A stretch of DNA of 64,000 nt from Rebecca billardiae RCC1528 (GCA_965240325.2 OZ251237.1:1302001-1366000); one strand, 5' to 3'; positions 1-10,803 are shown, counted from the first letter of the stretch. Notes: generated by a model from the letters alone, not told the origin. A program made the numbers and translations.

Positions 1-177
1 GCTCACGCCAATGATGCCTCCGCCGCAGACGATCACGCGCGGCGAGCCGGCGACGGCCATCGCGAAGAGAGCGGCTGCGACCGTCTTGCGCGTCGGGAGA
101 GCGGCCGCGCGGCCGCCGACGGCTCTGCTTTCGATGCCACGGTCCCGGGCCGGGCGGGGTCCAACCGACCCCGAACG

Positions 178-2229
178 ATGGCGATGGCGGCTTCGCGATG
201 CATCGTGCTCGTCGCGCTCGCGTGCTGCGCGGCCGTGCCCCGGACGGCGGGGCACGGCTGTGCGCGTGCAGTCATGGCGCCGCGAGCTAGTATATCCGCA
301 TCTCGCCGCTCTCGGCCGGCCATGGCCATCACCGCCCGCTCGCGCGGCCGACCGCGCGTGAAGGAGGCGGGCATCTCGAGCCTCGACGACCTAGCCGACG
401 CTGTCGAGGTCGAGCGCGCGCGGCTCGAGGTGGCTGCGGCTGACACGCCCGTGGTGCTTGGCCTACTGGCTCTGCAGGCCCTTCCCCTCCTCGCCGTGCT
501 CGACGAGCGCCTCCGTGTCCCTCTCCTCACGTACGGCTACTTTGGCTCATCCGCCGTTGCCGCAGTGTACCTCGGCGCGCGCGGCGCGCGTGCGCAGGTA
601 GGGCTCGAGTCGCTCCAGCTGAAGAACGCGCTCGCAGCGCCCTTCATCGCCAGCGCGTGGCTCTTCGGCCTGTACTGGGTGCTCAAGTACTCCGACCTCG
701 ATCCGAGCACCCTCTTCGCCATCGTGACCACGCTCTTCTGCGCACTCTCCGCGCAGGACGTGAGTCAGCCGCTGTTCGGGGTCGCGCTGCGCGGAGCGCT
801 GCCGTCGGCGCGCGCGGTGGATCTGGCGAGCTTCGGCGCGAGCGTGCTCGTGGCGCTCGGCCTCACCCTCACGTACGCCACGCACCCCGCCGCGGACACC
901 CTCCCGTCGCTCCTCGCATCCAACGTGCTCGCCCTGTGCGCTGCGGTGAGCGTCGTCTCCGCGGTCGTGCCGGAGTCGTTTGTGGCCGCGGCGGTGCTGG
1001 CGTGCGGTCTCTTCGCGTACGACGTGTTCTGGGTGCGCGCGCCGCGGCGCACGGGGAGCGGCCCACCTTGCACCGCACCCGCGGCATGCCTGACCTGTCC
1101 TGCCCGGCGCGCGCGGTCCTGCCGATGCGCGCGCACCGTTTGTGCGGCGCCGCAGGTGTTCCGCACGGAGGTGATGCAGACCGTCGCGCTCTCGCTCTCA
1201 GCGCCTGTCAAGCTCCAGTTCCCCGCGCCGCCCACCCGCTCCAACCCGTTCTCCATCCTCGGGCTGGGCGACATCGCCGTGCCCGGGCTGCTGGCGAGCA
1301 TGATTGCGCTCTTCGAGGCGCGGCGCGTGCCGGCAGACGGCGCGACGGCCGAGAGTGGCGCGGCCGGCGAGGGCGCGAGCGGTGGGGCCGTGAGCACGTC
1401 CGCGCCGGACGCGCAGCCCGCCGTGCCCGAGCCGTACCTGCCCTCCACCCTCGGCGCGTACGGCGCGGCGCTCACGCTGTGCTTCGGCGTGAACTTTGTC
1501 ACGGCCGCGGGCCAGCCGGCGCTGCTCTACATCGTGCCGTCCCTGCTGGGCACAATGGTCTCGACGAGCGCGGCGCGCGGCGAGCTGGGCGAGCTCGCGG
1601 CGTTCGAGTACGAGCGGCCTGAGCCGCTGGAGATTGAGGGCGACGCGCCGGCGGTCGACGCGATCCGCGCGACGCAGCGCTGGGTGCGCGAGGTGGTCGT
1701 GCCGCTCTCCCTCTGCCCGTACGCGCGCGAGCCGCTCGAGAACGACCGCTACGCGTACGCCGTGAGCAACGCGAGCACGGCGGATGAGTTCATCGACGAC
1801 TTTCTCGCCTCGGCGGAGGACCTCGTGCTCGAGCGCTCGGCGGACGACGTGGCGGCGACCGTGCTGATCGCGCCCGCGCTCGAGTCGTCGCTCAGCCTGG
1901 ACGACTACGCCGCGCTCTCGGCCATGCTGGAGGAGCAGTGCCAGAGCGAGGACGAGCCGATCTGCGACGGCGCGGTCGGCGCGGCGTTCTTTCACCCGCG
2001 GCACGTGTTCGACGAGATGGACGAGGCTGACGCGCTCAACTTTGAGCGGCGCGCACCGTTCCCGTGTGCCACGCTGCTTCGCAGCGCAGACGTCGGCCGC
2101 ATCGTCCGCGCCGGGCTGGCGGAGGGGCGGATCATCTCGAAGGAGATCCAGGCGAGCAACGCGCGCGTGCTCCGCGCGGAGGGCACGCAAGCGATGGCCG
2201 AGCGCCTCGCGGCGCTTCTCGACAACTAG
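178..2229 (+). CDS. Signal peptide peptidase (A22B GxGD aspartic protease) fused to a C-terminal DUF1415-like domain; in-frame intron 1033-1155
   Basis: Removing the GT..CAG intron gives YDVFWVFRTEVM. Also LGLGDIAVPG, QPALLYIVP and multiple hydrophobic helices. C-terminal TQRWVREVVVPLSLCPYA..FFHP..RRAPFP resembles DUF1415. N-terminal signal peptide plus Arg/Ser/Ala-rich transit-like stretch. Confidence 0.85.
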   Translation: MAMAASRCIVLVALACCAAVPRTAGHGCARAVMAPRASISASRRSRPAMAITARSRGRPRVKEAGISSLDDLADAVEVERARLEVAAADTPVVLGLLALQALPLLAVLDERLRVPLLTYGYFGSSAVAAVYLGARGARAQVGLESLQLKNALAAPFIASAWLFGLYWVLKYSDLDPSTLFAIVTTLFCALSAQDVSQPLFGVALRGALPSARAVDLASFGASVLVALGLTLTYATHPAADTLPSLLASNVLALCAAVSVVSAVVPESFVAAAVLACGLFAYDVFWVRAPRRTGSGPPCTAPAACLTCPARRARSCRCARTVCAAPQVFRTEVMQTVALSLSAPVKLQFPAPPTRSNPFSILGLGDIAVPGLLASMIALFEARRVPADGATAESGAAGEGASGGAVSTSAPDAQPAVPEPYLPSTLGAYGAALTLCFGVNFVTAAGQPALLYIVPSLLGTMVSTSAARGELGELAAFEYERPEPLEIEGDAPAVDAIRATQRWVREVVVPLSLCPYAREPLENDRYAYAVSNASTADEFIDDFLASAEDLVLERSADDVAATVLIAPALESSLSLDDYAALSAMLEEQCQSEDEPICDGAVGAAFFHPRHVFDEMDEADALNFERRAPFPCATLLRSADVGRIVRAGLAEGRIISKEIQASNARVLRAEGTQAMAERLAALLDN

Positions 2230-2585
2230 AACTTTTGATGATGGGACTCGCCGTGGTGCCTGCGCACCGTCCCGCCATCTGTGTGAAGAGCACCACGCGC
2301 GCGTTATATTCGTCGGGCAAAAATATGAGCAGTAGGTTGCCCCACGAATCAGAGTTGTTTCCTAAGAATATGAGACGCACAGTAGTATTTTGTGTCATCA
2401 GAAGCGGCACATCTTGCCGCTTGGCGGCCTTGGTAGGCCAATGAGCCCACGGCGCCTATGTCCGCTTTTTAGACTTCTTGTCTTATTCTGAGTGTGGCAC
2501 CGGAGCTCGTAAAACGAAGCGGTCAGGCGTTCAGTCGTAGCCAGCATTCCCGCCGTTCGCGTAAACACGCACACTAGACACTACC

Positions 2586-3914
2586 ATGACTGTTGGCGGA
2601 GCGACTGAGGACGAGGCGCCGGCGACGGTGGTGATCGCGGGCGCGGGCATCGGCGGCCTCTGCCTGGCGCTCGCGCTGAACAAGCACTGCGGCATCCCCG
2701 CCGCCGAGATCGAGGTCTTCGAGCAGGCGCGCGCGTTCACCGACGACGCGGGCGGCGCGATCGGCCTGTATGCGAACGGCCTGCGCGTCCTGCGCGACAT
2801 CTCGCCCGAGCTCCTCGCGTCCATCCGCACGGCGGGCTACGACTACATCTACCGACGCTGGCTGCGCCACGACGGCAGCGAGGTCGCGTGCGCCAAGGAG
2901 TCGGCGCTCACGGACGACGCGGACCTGCAGAGCATCGGCATCCGGCGCTGGCGGCTGCAGAAGGCGCTGCTGGATGCAGCGACGACGGCGGGCATCGTCG
3001 TGCGCTTCCAGACGCGCGTCGAGGCGGTCGGCGCCGCCGACACGAACGGCGTCGAGGTCCGCTTCTCCGACGGCCGCTCACGCCGCGCGCGCCTTGTGTT
3101 CGGCGCGGACGGCGTCAAGTCCAAGGTGCGCGAGGCCGTCGTCGGCAAGCGCGAGGTCGAGTACACGGGCGTGACCGTGCTGATGGGCACGGCAAAGGTG
3201 CCCGCCTCGCAGCGCGGCATCTGCTTCCCCGCCTCCTCGACCACCAAGAACCACGCCTGCTTCTACCCCGTCGGCGAGGCCGAGCAGGTGTTCCAGCTGT
3301 ACTACCCGGCGCCAAGCATGCCTGACGAGGTTTGGGGCACGCTGTCGGCCGAGGAGGGCGCGAAGCAGTGCGCCGAGCTCGCGACCAAGCTGCGCGCTGA
3401 CGGCTGGCACGAGCGATTCCTCGAGCCACTCGAGAGCGCCGAGGCCGTCATCCGGCTCGGCCTCTTCGCGCCCGACGAGCCGCTGCGCGTGTGGGTCTCG
3501 GAGGCGCACGGCCGGCGCGTCGTGCTGCTCGGCGACGCGGCGCACCCGCCGGTGCCGTACATCGGGCAGGGCGCGATGATGGCGATCGAGGACGTGGGCG
3601 TGCTCGCGCTCCTGCTCAAGGAGTGCTGCTGCGGCGGCGGCGCCTTCGACCCCTCCGACGCCAACATCTCGCGCGCGACGACGCTGTACGAGGCGATGCG
3701 CGTGCCGCGCACGACGGCCATCCTCGGCTCGTCGCACAAGCTCGGCGCGACGCAGCAGCAGCGCGCCAACTCGTGGCTGTACAACGTGGTGCGCGAGTGG
3801 ACGATCAAGCTCGAGGTGGCGGTGTACGGCACGCTCGCCATCATGCGACCCGCGCCGGCGTACGACTACGCTGCGGACGTGGCGGCGCGCGTGGCGGCGA
3901 GCGCCAAGGCCTGA
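2586..3914 (+). CDS. FAD-dependent monooxygenase (salicylate hydroxylase/zeaxanthin epoxidase-like)
   Basis: IAGAGIGGL Rossmann motif, FGADGVKS (DG motif), VLLGDAAHP..GQGAMMAIED (GD motif). Confidence 0.9.
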   Translation: MTVGGATEDEAPATVVIAGAGIGGLCLALALNKHCGIPAAEIEVFEQARAFTDDAGGAIGLYANGLRVLRDISPELLASIRTAGYDYIYRRWLRHDGSEVACAKESALTDDADLQSIGIRRWRLQKALLDAATTAGIVVRFQTRVEAVGAADTNGVEVRFSDGRSRRARLVFGADGVKSKVREAVVGKREVEYTGVTVLMGTAKVPASQRGICFPASSTTKNHACFYPVGEAEQVFQLYYPAPSMPDEVWGTLSAEEGAKQCAELATKLRADGWHERFLEPLESAEAVIRLGLFAPDEPLRVWVSEAHGRRVVLLGDAAHPPVPYIGQGAMMAIEDVGVLALLLKECCCGGGAFDPSDANISRATTLYEAMRVPRTTAILGSSHKLGATQQQRANSWLYNVVREWTIKLEVAVYGTLAIMRPAPAYDYAADVAARVAASAKA

Positions 3915-4791
3915 GCGGTGCTGCGAGCCGGTGCGAGCCGCCGAGCGGTGCGGACGGACAGCTCATCCCGCTCCGCGTCAGCTGTGACTGTGAAAGCAGC
4001 ACGCCCTCGCGAGTCGCGGCCTCGCGCGCGGCAGCCGCACGCCGAATCGAGGACTTGTCACTTCTACTGTATGTATACACACGTACGCGTGCGCGAACGC
4101 ACGCACACGCACCTCACTCACCACTGGCACCACGCCACCCGGAGGCGGCCGACTCGCTCGTAACACGGCGGGCCCGACGGCGACGCCCGCACCGAATCCG
4201 ACTTGGCGTCAGGTCACTGACCAGCACTGACTGGCAGCCACTGGCACCGCTCATCGACACCGTGTCGAATGATGGCATCATCAAACTTCAAAGTAAACAT
4301 CGTTGTAGTTCTACTGTCCGCGAGGCGGCCGCAGCCCTCATCCAGGCCTCGCAGGCCGAGGGACGGCTCAATCAGTGATAGTGAATCAGAGATTCTGCGA
4401 CGGCGCCGTACCATCGGCGACGGCTTCATGGGCGGTGATGAACACTCAGAACAGTTGGCGGGTGTACGTGCTACGAGGTGTGCTGGAGATGATTGTATCT
4501 CAATAAACGAGGTTGACGATCAATACTGTATCGTCGCTTCTCATCAGCAACCAATCCCTGAAAGCGAGCAAGATTGGCGTATGATAAGCACTGTAGAGTG
4601 TAGAATCAGCGCTTCCTTAGCTGTTGGTCGTCCAATCGGGCGCTCTCAAAGTAGAGGCGGGAACTTGGGGGTCGCACCCACCACACCCAACCGGCTCCGA
4701 GCCTCGTCAATCCTCTCCACTTTCGTCTTCACGGCCGGCCGCTCCGCCCCACGTCAACGCATCCGTCATCAAACAACTCGCCCTCCATCCC

Positions 4792-6891
4792 ATGGCACGT
4801 GCATCGGGGCCGGGTCTCCCGGCCATTGCCGTCGCGGCCGCCACGCTCGTCGCCGTCGGCGTGCTCATCAACATGGCGGTGCCATCCGCTCCCGGCGCGC
4901 AGCTCGCTGTGTCGCCCGGGTGCGACGCCGCCGCCCCAAGCTCCCGCACGTGCGAGCTCGAGGGGTGTGGAGCGCCGGCGGTTCCGCCGCGGGATGCCTT
5001 GAGCGTCTGCCGCTGGGGGCCACCGGGCTCCGACGGCCGAGGAAAGCCCGCCGGTTGCGCCTATTGTGGGGCCGACCAGCACTGCAAGGACAAGCTGCCT
5101 GCAGGCGCGAGCGCCACGAATGCCAACCAGTGCCAGAGCAACCAGGTGGTCAACGGCGCGTGCGCGTGGAAGGATGTCGCGGCCCTCGGCAACAGGGGTG
5201 CGATCAACGAGATGCTGGTCATACCCCTCGCGCGCGACCTCCACCCCGTGCTCATGGACAAGCTGCGCGATGCGCTGCGCCGCTTCACGGAGCAGACCTC
5301 CATCGCACAGCCCGAAAACCCGGAGGACAGCTTCTTTGCCATCAGGATGGGGCTGACGGTCAAAGGGCTCGAACTGGCCTACGACCCCAACAAGGTGACC
5401 GCCACGGTCCTCGCGCGGGACAGCACGTCGCTGCTCGTCCAGCTCGACACAGGCGCCGTGACGGCCGACGTGAAGGAAATCGACGCGGGCGTGACGGTGT
5501 TCTCCGGCTGGGGCACGCTTCCAGTTGGCCTCGCCCTCGCCGTGCGGGGCACGCTGCACGTGGGCAACATCCGCGCCACCGTCATGGTCGCCCTGGACGG
5601 CGCCCAGGCGAACACGGTCACCCTCAAGGGCACTGAGAGCGCCGTGGACAACGTGCGCATCGAGCTCTGGCCGGAGATCCCCCCAATCAGCCCGCTCATG
5701 GTCGTCACGTTCCTCATCTCCACCGGCCTCACCTTCATCGGCAACTTGTTCGCGCCCATTGCGCAGAGCATGCTTCTGAACATGGTGAGGGAGAACCTCG
5801 CGAACCTCAACGGCGCGGTCACCCTACCCGAACTCCCACCCATCAGCATCAACGGCGGCACTCTGCTCATCACGTACACGCTCGCCACCTTGCAGTTTGC
5901 AGACGAGCAGCTGCAGGCGTTCGCGCCCATCGGCTTCCAAGCTCGCCTCGCCAACGGCACCGTCGTCGCGCCGAACATCCCGAGCCCGGCCCCGCCGATG
6001 CTCCTGCCGCCCCATCCTGACCTGATGTTCTCCGCGAGCCTCGGCGATCGCACGTTGAACAACGCTGTCGCCGCGCTCATGCCGCTCGCGGTGGACGCGC
6101 CGCTCATCCTGCCGCTCGACGAGACGTGGAGCGACATCCTCTACCTCGTCTTTGGGGGGCCCTGGGGCGCGTGCGAGGTGCACCTCGACATGACGCCGCC
6201 CGTCTTCGCCTTCCAGGGGGGCAACATCTCTGCCAGCTTTGGCGTGAACTACGGCATCTTCTCCAAGCCGGACCCCGAGGACGAGGAGAAGCCCGCGTGG
6301 ATCCTCACGGTCGAGACCAACGTCACGTCCGCGGTGTCCGTCCCCACGTACAACGCGTCGGCGGCGGTCATCCAGGGCCTCGCGGTGCTCGACGTGAGCC
6401 CCGGTCCGCCGCGCGTGTGGGCCGAGGAGAAGGAGCCGGCCGAGCTGGTGGAGTGGGTGCACTCCACCGGCATCGGCGTGATCGCCGAGGCCGTCCGGAC
6501 GGTCGCGCTCCCGCTGCTCAACGACGCCATCGCCAAGACGCTCGCTGGCATCAAGCTGGCCCTCCCGCCAATCGTCGGCTTCCCCACGCCTGGCCGCAGC
6601 ATGGCGATCAACATCACCCGCATGGGCGGGCTCGCGCTCCCCGCCGTGCGAAACGTGAGCATGGCCACCCTTGCCGGTGCGGGCACACTCAGTGTGTCCA
6701 TCCGGGGCACGCCGCCCGCCGCGATGGACCCCTCGGCCGGGCCAGACCCGGAGGCGGTGCTGCGGGCGCGCGCCAAGACGGAGGCGTTCATCAAGGACTT
6801 CCCTCCGCTGCCGGCGGGTCGGAAGGTGACCGTCCTCCACCTGGGCAGCACTCTCGAGGACTTCCGCGTCGAGGACGACTTCGTCGTGTAA
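4792..6891 (+). CDS. Secreted or membrane-anchored protein, probable BPI/LBP/CETP (TULIP) lipid-binding family, with N-terminal Cys-rich module
   Basis: N-terminal hydrophobic segment, Cys-rich stretch, beta-rich body. PPMLLPPHPDLMFSASLGDRTLNNA resembles the BPI/LBP linker and C-domain start. ATG at 4792. Confidence 0.55.
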   Translation: MARASGPGLPAIAVAAATLVAVGVLINMAVPSAPGAQLAVSPGCDAAAPSSRTCELEGCGAPAVPPRDALSVCRWGPPGSDGRGKPAGCAYCGADQHCKDKLPAGASATNANQCQSNQVVNGACAWKDVAALGNRGAINEMLVIPLARDLHPVLMDKLRDALRRFTEQTSIAQPENPEDSFFAIRMGLTVKGLELAYDPNKVTATVLARDSTSLLVQLDTGAVTADVKEIDAGVTVFSGWGTLPVGLALAVRGTLHVGNIRATVMVALDGAQANTVTLKGTESAVDNVRIELWPEIPPISPLMVVTFLISTGLTFIGNLFAPIAQSMLLNMVRENLANLNGAVTLPELPPISINGGTLLITYTLATLQFADEQLQAFAPIGFQARLANGTVVAPNIPSPAPPMLLPPHPDLMFSASLGDRTLNNAVAALMPLAVDAPLILPLDETWSDILYLVFGGPWGACEVHLDMTPPVFAFQGGNISASFGVNYGIFSKPDPEDEEKPAWILTVETNVTSAVSVPTYNASAAVIQGLAVLDVSPGPPRVWAEEKEPAELVEWVHSTGIGVIAEAVRTVALPLLNDAIAKTLAGIKLALPPIVGFPTPGRSMAINITRMGGLALPAVRNVSMATLAGAGTLSVSIRGTPPAAMDPSAGPDPEAVLRARAKTEAFIKDFPPLPAGRKVTVLHLGSTLEDFRVEDDFVV

Positions 6892-7225
6892 TCGGATACT
6901 ACTCACTAATCGTGATTCGTGTCCCGGTGACCGTGAACTCCGTGCTGAGTAATGATGATGTCATGATGATGATGATCGACGGGCTGACTACCCCCGCCAT
7001 ACTACTAAGACTGACTGATGCCGTGATGACGCTATAGTCTTCGCTACTATCGATGATGATGCGGACGACATGCGGCGCCCGCGATCGTCTGGCTTCTAAG
7101 CGCGCGCACCGCGTGTACTTGACTGCCTTCTTCATCTGATGATAGCGTCGTCACGACTGGCGGCGCGGCAGTGCGCCGTCGGCGGTCGGCCTATAGACCC
7201 GGCGCTCATTGGCGGCACGCACGTC

Positions 7226-8515
7226 TTACAATAACGACTGCTGGGCAGCCAAGCTGCTGCACTCGGGCGGGAGTGCATAGTCGAAGCACACGAAGTCCTG
7301 CGCGAAGAAGTCGCAGAGCGTGCGGATCATCCGTGCATCCAGGTGCTCCCTGCTCAACGTGCACCCTAGGGAGCCCCGCGGGGCGTCAGGGGCGGATCTC
7401 AGCAAGTGGCCCTTGCCACGGTGATGAATCCACAGGCCGGGCAAGAAGTGTGCGTTGAGCTCGCGCAGTGTCACCGTGAGCGGCCCGTACTTGCCGATAG
7501 GCACCTTCTTCACCCGCGTCGCCTGCTCGAGCTTGTTCACCACCTGCAGGCGGAGGTACGACCACGGCTGCTCAGACGGCGGCCGCTCGATCGGCTCACC
7601 GCTCGGTGCAAAGGAGCAGCCCAGGTCGTGCGAGATCGTGCCCGTGTGCAGGTCGAAGCGCAAGTGCCTCAGCCGCACCGGCTGCGCGCCCTCCACGCGC
7701 AGCACGTCGGGCGTCGGGAGGATCGAGTCCGGGTCAGACCCACGTCGCGTGTCTGCGAGAGCGTTGATGAACACGCGCGCGAGCTCGACGCGGCCGTGGC
7801 AGGTCGGCTCCTGCGGCGTATGCCACCTGCGCGCTCTTGAGTGACGGATCATCGTGCCCCGCGTCTGGCTCAGCACCGTGTTGTACGCGCTCACGAACCG
7901 ATCGATCGGGTTGCGCACCGTTGTGAATGCATATCGGAACGGCTGGGGCGTCCGTTGCCGTGCGTCCACATCTGTGCTCTTCGTCTCGTTGGTGCCGTGC
8001 TGCAGCATGCGCAGCGCGGGCAGCGCGCTGCAGCGCTTGAGGTGATGCAGCGTGAGGCGGTGCACGGTCTCGGCGTCCTCCCGCTTGAGGTGTATGTGCG
8101 AGCGCGAGCCCGCCTTGTGCACCGTCGCGTACGCCACGAGCCCGTCCGTCCGAAACTCGTTCTGCCCAGACTTGTCGAATTCGCCGATGCATCGGCCTTC
8201 GCGCGACCACTCGCTCCGCCCGGGGTCGCGCCCTATTATCGGCCGCTCGCAATCTAGCGGCACGTGCTTGTCCACGTACAGCGCGTGACACGTGCGCGTG
8301 TACAGGTTGAGTGTTCGGTTGTAGCTCGTGCTCGCCTCCGCGCGGGCCCGGTGCTGCGCCTGCACGATGCGAGCCATCACCAGCGCGTGCCGTCTATCAT
8401 CCGGTGCAATCGGGCCGCCCTGCACGCTCGGTGCCACGATCGCGCGGGGTGCCAGGACGAGCAGCACGCACGATAAGAGAGCGCGCGGGCCCGCGATGCG
8501 GCAGCGCCTCGCCAT
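7226..8515 (-). CDS. Carbohydrate sulfotransferase (Sulfotransfer_2 family), copy 1
   Basis: VHKAGS (5'-PSB), FTTVRNPIDRFVSAY (3'-PB), C-terminal FFAQDFVCFDY, N-terminal signal anchor. Confidence 0.8.
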   Translation of the reverse strand: MARRCRIAGPRALLSCVLLVLAPRAIVAPSVQGGPIAPDDRRHALVMARIVQAQHRARAEASTSYNRTLNLYTRTCHALYVDKHVPLDCERPIIGRDPGRSEWSREGRCIGEFDKSGQNEFRTDGLVAYATVHKAGSRSHIHLKREDAETVHRLTLHHLKRCSALPALRMLQHGTNETKSTDVDARQRTPQPFRYAFTTVRNPIDRFVSAYNTVLSQTRGTMIRHSRARRWHTPQEPTCHGRVELARVFINALADTRRGSDPDSILPTPDVLRVEGAQPVRLRHLRFDLHTGTISHDLGCSFAPSGEPIERPPSEQPWSYLRLQVVNKLEQATRVKKVPIGKYGPLTVTLRELNAHFLPGLWIHHRGKGHLLRSAPDAPRGSLGCTLSREHLDARMIRTLCDFFAQDFVCFDYALPPECSSLAAQQSLL

Positions 8516-8662
8516 GCTGATGGGTCCTTGATTCAAGCCTCAGGCTGGTAGTGGTCCGCCGCCATCATCGCACATTCGCACCGGCCTTGCACGCCACGGG
8601 TACATCGCGGTTTACGACAAACCCCCAGTTTCCAAGTCTCTCTTCGGAGAGCGTGCGATGAA

Positions 8663-8802
8663 GGATGGCGCGGCAACCTGCCACCGTGAGCCTTACGCAC
8701 GTTAAAACAAATAAACTGTACCTGGTACGAACGTCGTACTGTACTGACATGCAAGTGAGTGTACTGTGAGCTGTGTGCGTCTCTTATTTTTAGTAAACTG
8801 TA
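8663..8802. repeat. Two fragments of a dispersed TACAGTTT-ended (MITE-like) repeat family
   Basis: 8663-8721 is the near-exact reverse complement of 61396-61455. 8767-8802 matches 28008-28043. Confidence 0.7.
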
Positions 8803-9104
8803 AAGTAGTCGTTCTACTAAGACGTTACGGAGAGCGTGCGATGAAGGATGGGTAGATAGTTACAGTACGTACCGTTACAAAGTATCTTCTGCTAGTAGTT
8901 AGTAAGACTATCAGTGACACACGTTGAAGATAGTTGGACCACACTGTCGTGCCTCGTGGTCAGGTCGACTGGCACCATCGTGATCGGGCCTTCAGAATCA
9001 CGGTGACACGGATCCGGTCACGGGTTCACGGCGGGTCACGTAGAGTCATACCGTTGGAGTAGCCCGAGCCGCCGTCACGCCGTGCCAGCCCTGCCGCGCC
9101 GATC

Positions 9105-10430
9105 TCACACCTGCTGGACAGCCAGGCTGCTACACTCGGGTGGGAGCGCATAGTCGAAGCACACGAAGTCCTGCGCGAAGAAGTCGCAGAGCGTGCGGAT
9201 CATCCGTGCATCCAGGTGCTCCCTCCTCAGCTTGCACCCCAGGGAGCCAGGCTTGCCGCCGTCGGAGGATCTCAGGAATTGGCCCTTGCCAGCAGCATGC
9301 CGGATCCACAGGCCGGGCAGAAAACGTGCGTTGAGCTCGCGCAGTGTCACCACCGACGCCTTCTCGTGCTTGACGACGGACACCTCCTTCACCCGCGTCG
9401 CCTGCTCGAGCTTGTTCACCACCTGCAGGCGGAGGTACGGCCACGGCTGCTCAGACGGCGGCTGCTCGATCGGCTCACCGCTCGGTGCAAAGGAGCAGCC
9501 CAGGTCGTGCGAGATCGTGCCCGTGTGCAGGTCGAAGCGCAGGTCCTTCAGCCGCACCGGCTGCGCGCGCGCCACGCGCAGCGCGTCGGGCGTCGGGAGG
9601 ATCGAGTCCGGGTCAGACCCACGTCGCGTGTCTGCGAGAGCGTTGATGAACACGCGCGCGAGCTCGACGCGGCCGTGGCAGGTCGGCTCCTGCGGCGCGC
9701 GCCACGTGCGCAGCGGCTGCGCGGCGCCCGTATGGCGCTGGGCGGTGACCGGGCGGATCGTCGTGCCCCGTGTCTGGCTCAGCACCGTGTTGTACGCGCT
9801 CACGAACCGGTCGATCGGGTTGCGCACCGTTGTGAATGCATATCGGAACGGCTGGGGCGTCCGTCGCCGTGCGTCCACATCTGTTCTCTGCCTCTTCGTC
9901 TCGTTGGAGGCGTGCTGCAGCGTGCGCAGCACGGGTAGCACGCTGCAGCGCTTGAGGTGATACAGGTCTAGGCGGTGCACGTTCTCGGCGTCCTCCCGCT
10001 TGAGGTTTGTGTGCGCGCGAGAGCCCGCCTTGTGCACCGTCGCGTACGCCACGAGCCCGTCCGTCCGCATCTCGTTCTGCCCGGACAGGTCGAATTCGCC
10101 GATGCAGCGGCCTTCGCGCGACCACTCGCTCCGCCCGGGGTCGAGCCCTTTCAGCGGCCGCTCGCAATGAAGTGGCACGTGCTTGTCCACGTACAGCGCG
10201 TGGCACGTGCGCGTGTACAGGTTGAGTGTTCGGTTGTAGCTCGCGCTCGCCTCTGCGCGGGCCCGGTGCTGCGCCTGCACGATGCGAGCCATCACCAGGG
10301 CGTGCCGGTCATCGTCTGATGTGGTTGGACCGTTCTCCACGCTCGGTGCCACCGTCGCACGGGGCGCTATGACGAAGAGCACCCACGAGAAGAGGGCGCG
10401 CGGGCCCGCGATGCGGCGGCGCCGCGCCAT
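9105..10430 (-). CDS. Carbohydrate sulfotransferase (Sulfotransfer_2 family), copy 2 (tandem paralogue)
   Basis: Same motifs as copy 1, with long identical nucleotide blocks shared with 7226-8515. Confidence 0.8.
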   Translation of the reverse strand: MARRRRIAGPRALFSWVLFVIAPRATVAPSVENGPTTSDDDRHALVMARIVQAQHRARAEASASYNRTLNLYTRTCHALYVDKHVPLHCERPLKGLDPGRSEWSREGRCIGEFDLSGQNEMRTDGLVAYATVHKAGSRAHTNLKREDAENVHRLDLYHLKRCSVLPVLRTLQHASNETKRQRTDVDARRRTPQPFRYAFTTVRNPIDRFVSAYNTVLSQTRGTTIRPVTAQRHTGAAQPLRTWRAPQEPTCHGRVELARVFINALADTRRGSDPDSILPTPDALRVARAQPVRLKDLRFDLHTGTISHDLGCSFAPSGEPIEQPPSEQPWPYLRLQVVNKLEQATRVKEVSVVKHEKASVVTLRELNARFLPGLWIRHAAGKGQFLRSSDGGKPGSLGCKLRREHLDARMIRTLCDFFAQDFVCFDYALPPECSSLAVQQV

Positions 10431-10803
10431 GCTGAATCGAATCGACGGTCCTGATTTGATTGTCGCGCCCGCTCCATCTCGACACAATCTCGTCGCGATC
10501 TTGCATGCTGCTCATAGCTTGCGAAGAACATACGACCGATCATAAGACTTAGCAGCCTGGAACCTGAAGGGTCTCCGGGAGAGACTCAGAGCAAGGGCCT
10601 TTGCTCAGAGAGGAGCTGCTGTCTGATGCAAGATACGCGGCTCATTAGCTGACGACTGGCATATGCTGGTCCCGCGCCCACGGGGCGCGCACCCCCGGTC
10701 CTGGGTCCCCACGCCTCGCGGTCATCACTCATCGCCAGCAGACGATGGCACTGACGCTGCCACGAGGAGGCCGTCAGCGGCCGCGCCTGTCCCAGCGCCA
10801 GAC

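Noticed and set aside
6900-7150. TGATGA/CTGA motifs resembling snoRNA boxes (also ~50230-50500)
   Set aside because: Low-complexity stuttered intergenic sequence with no rRNA antisense element or terminal stem.
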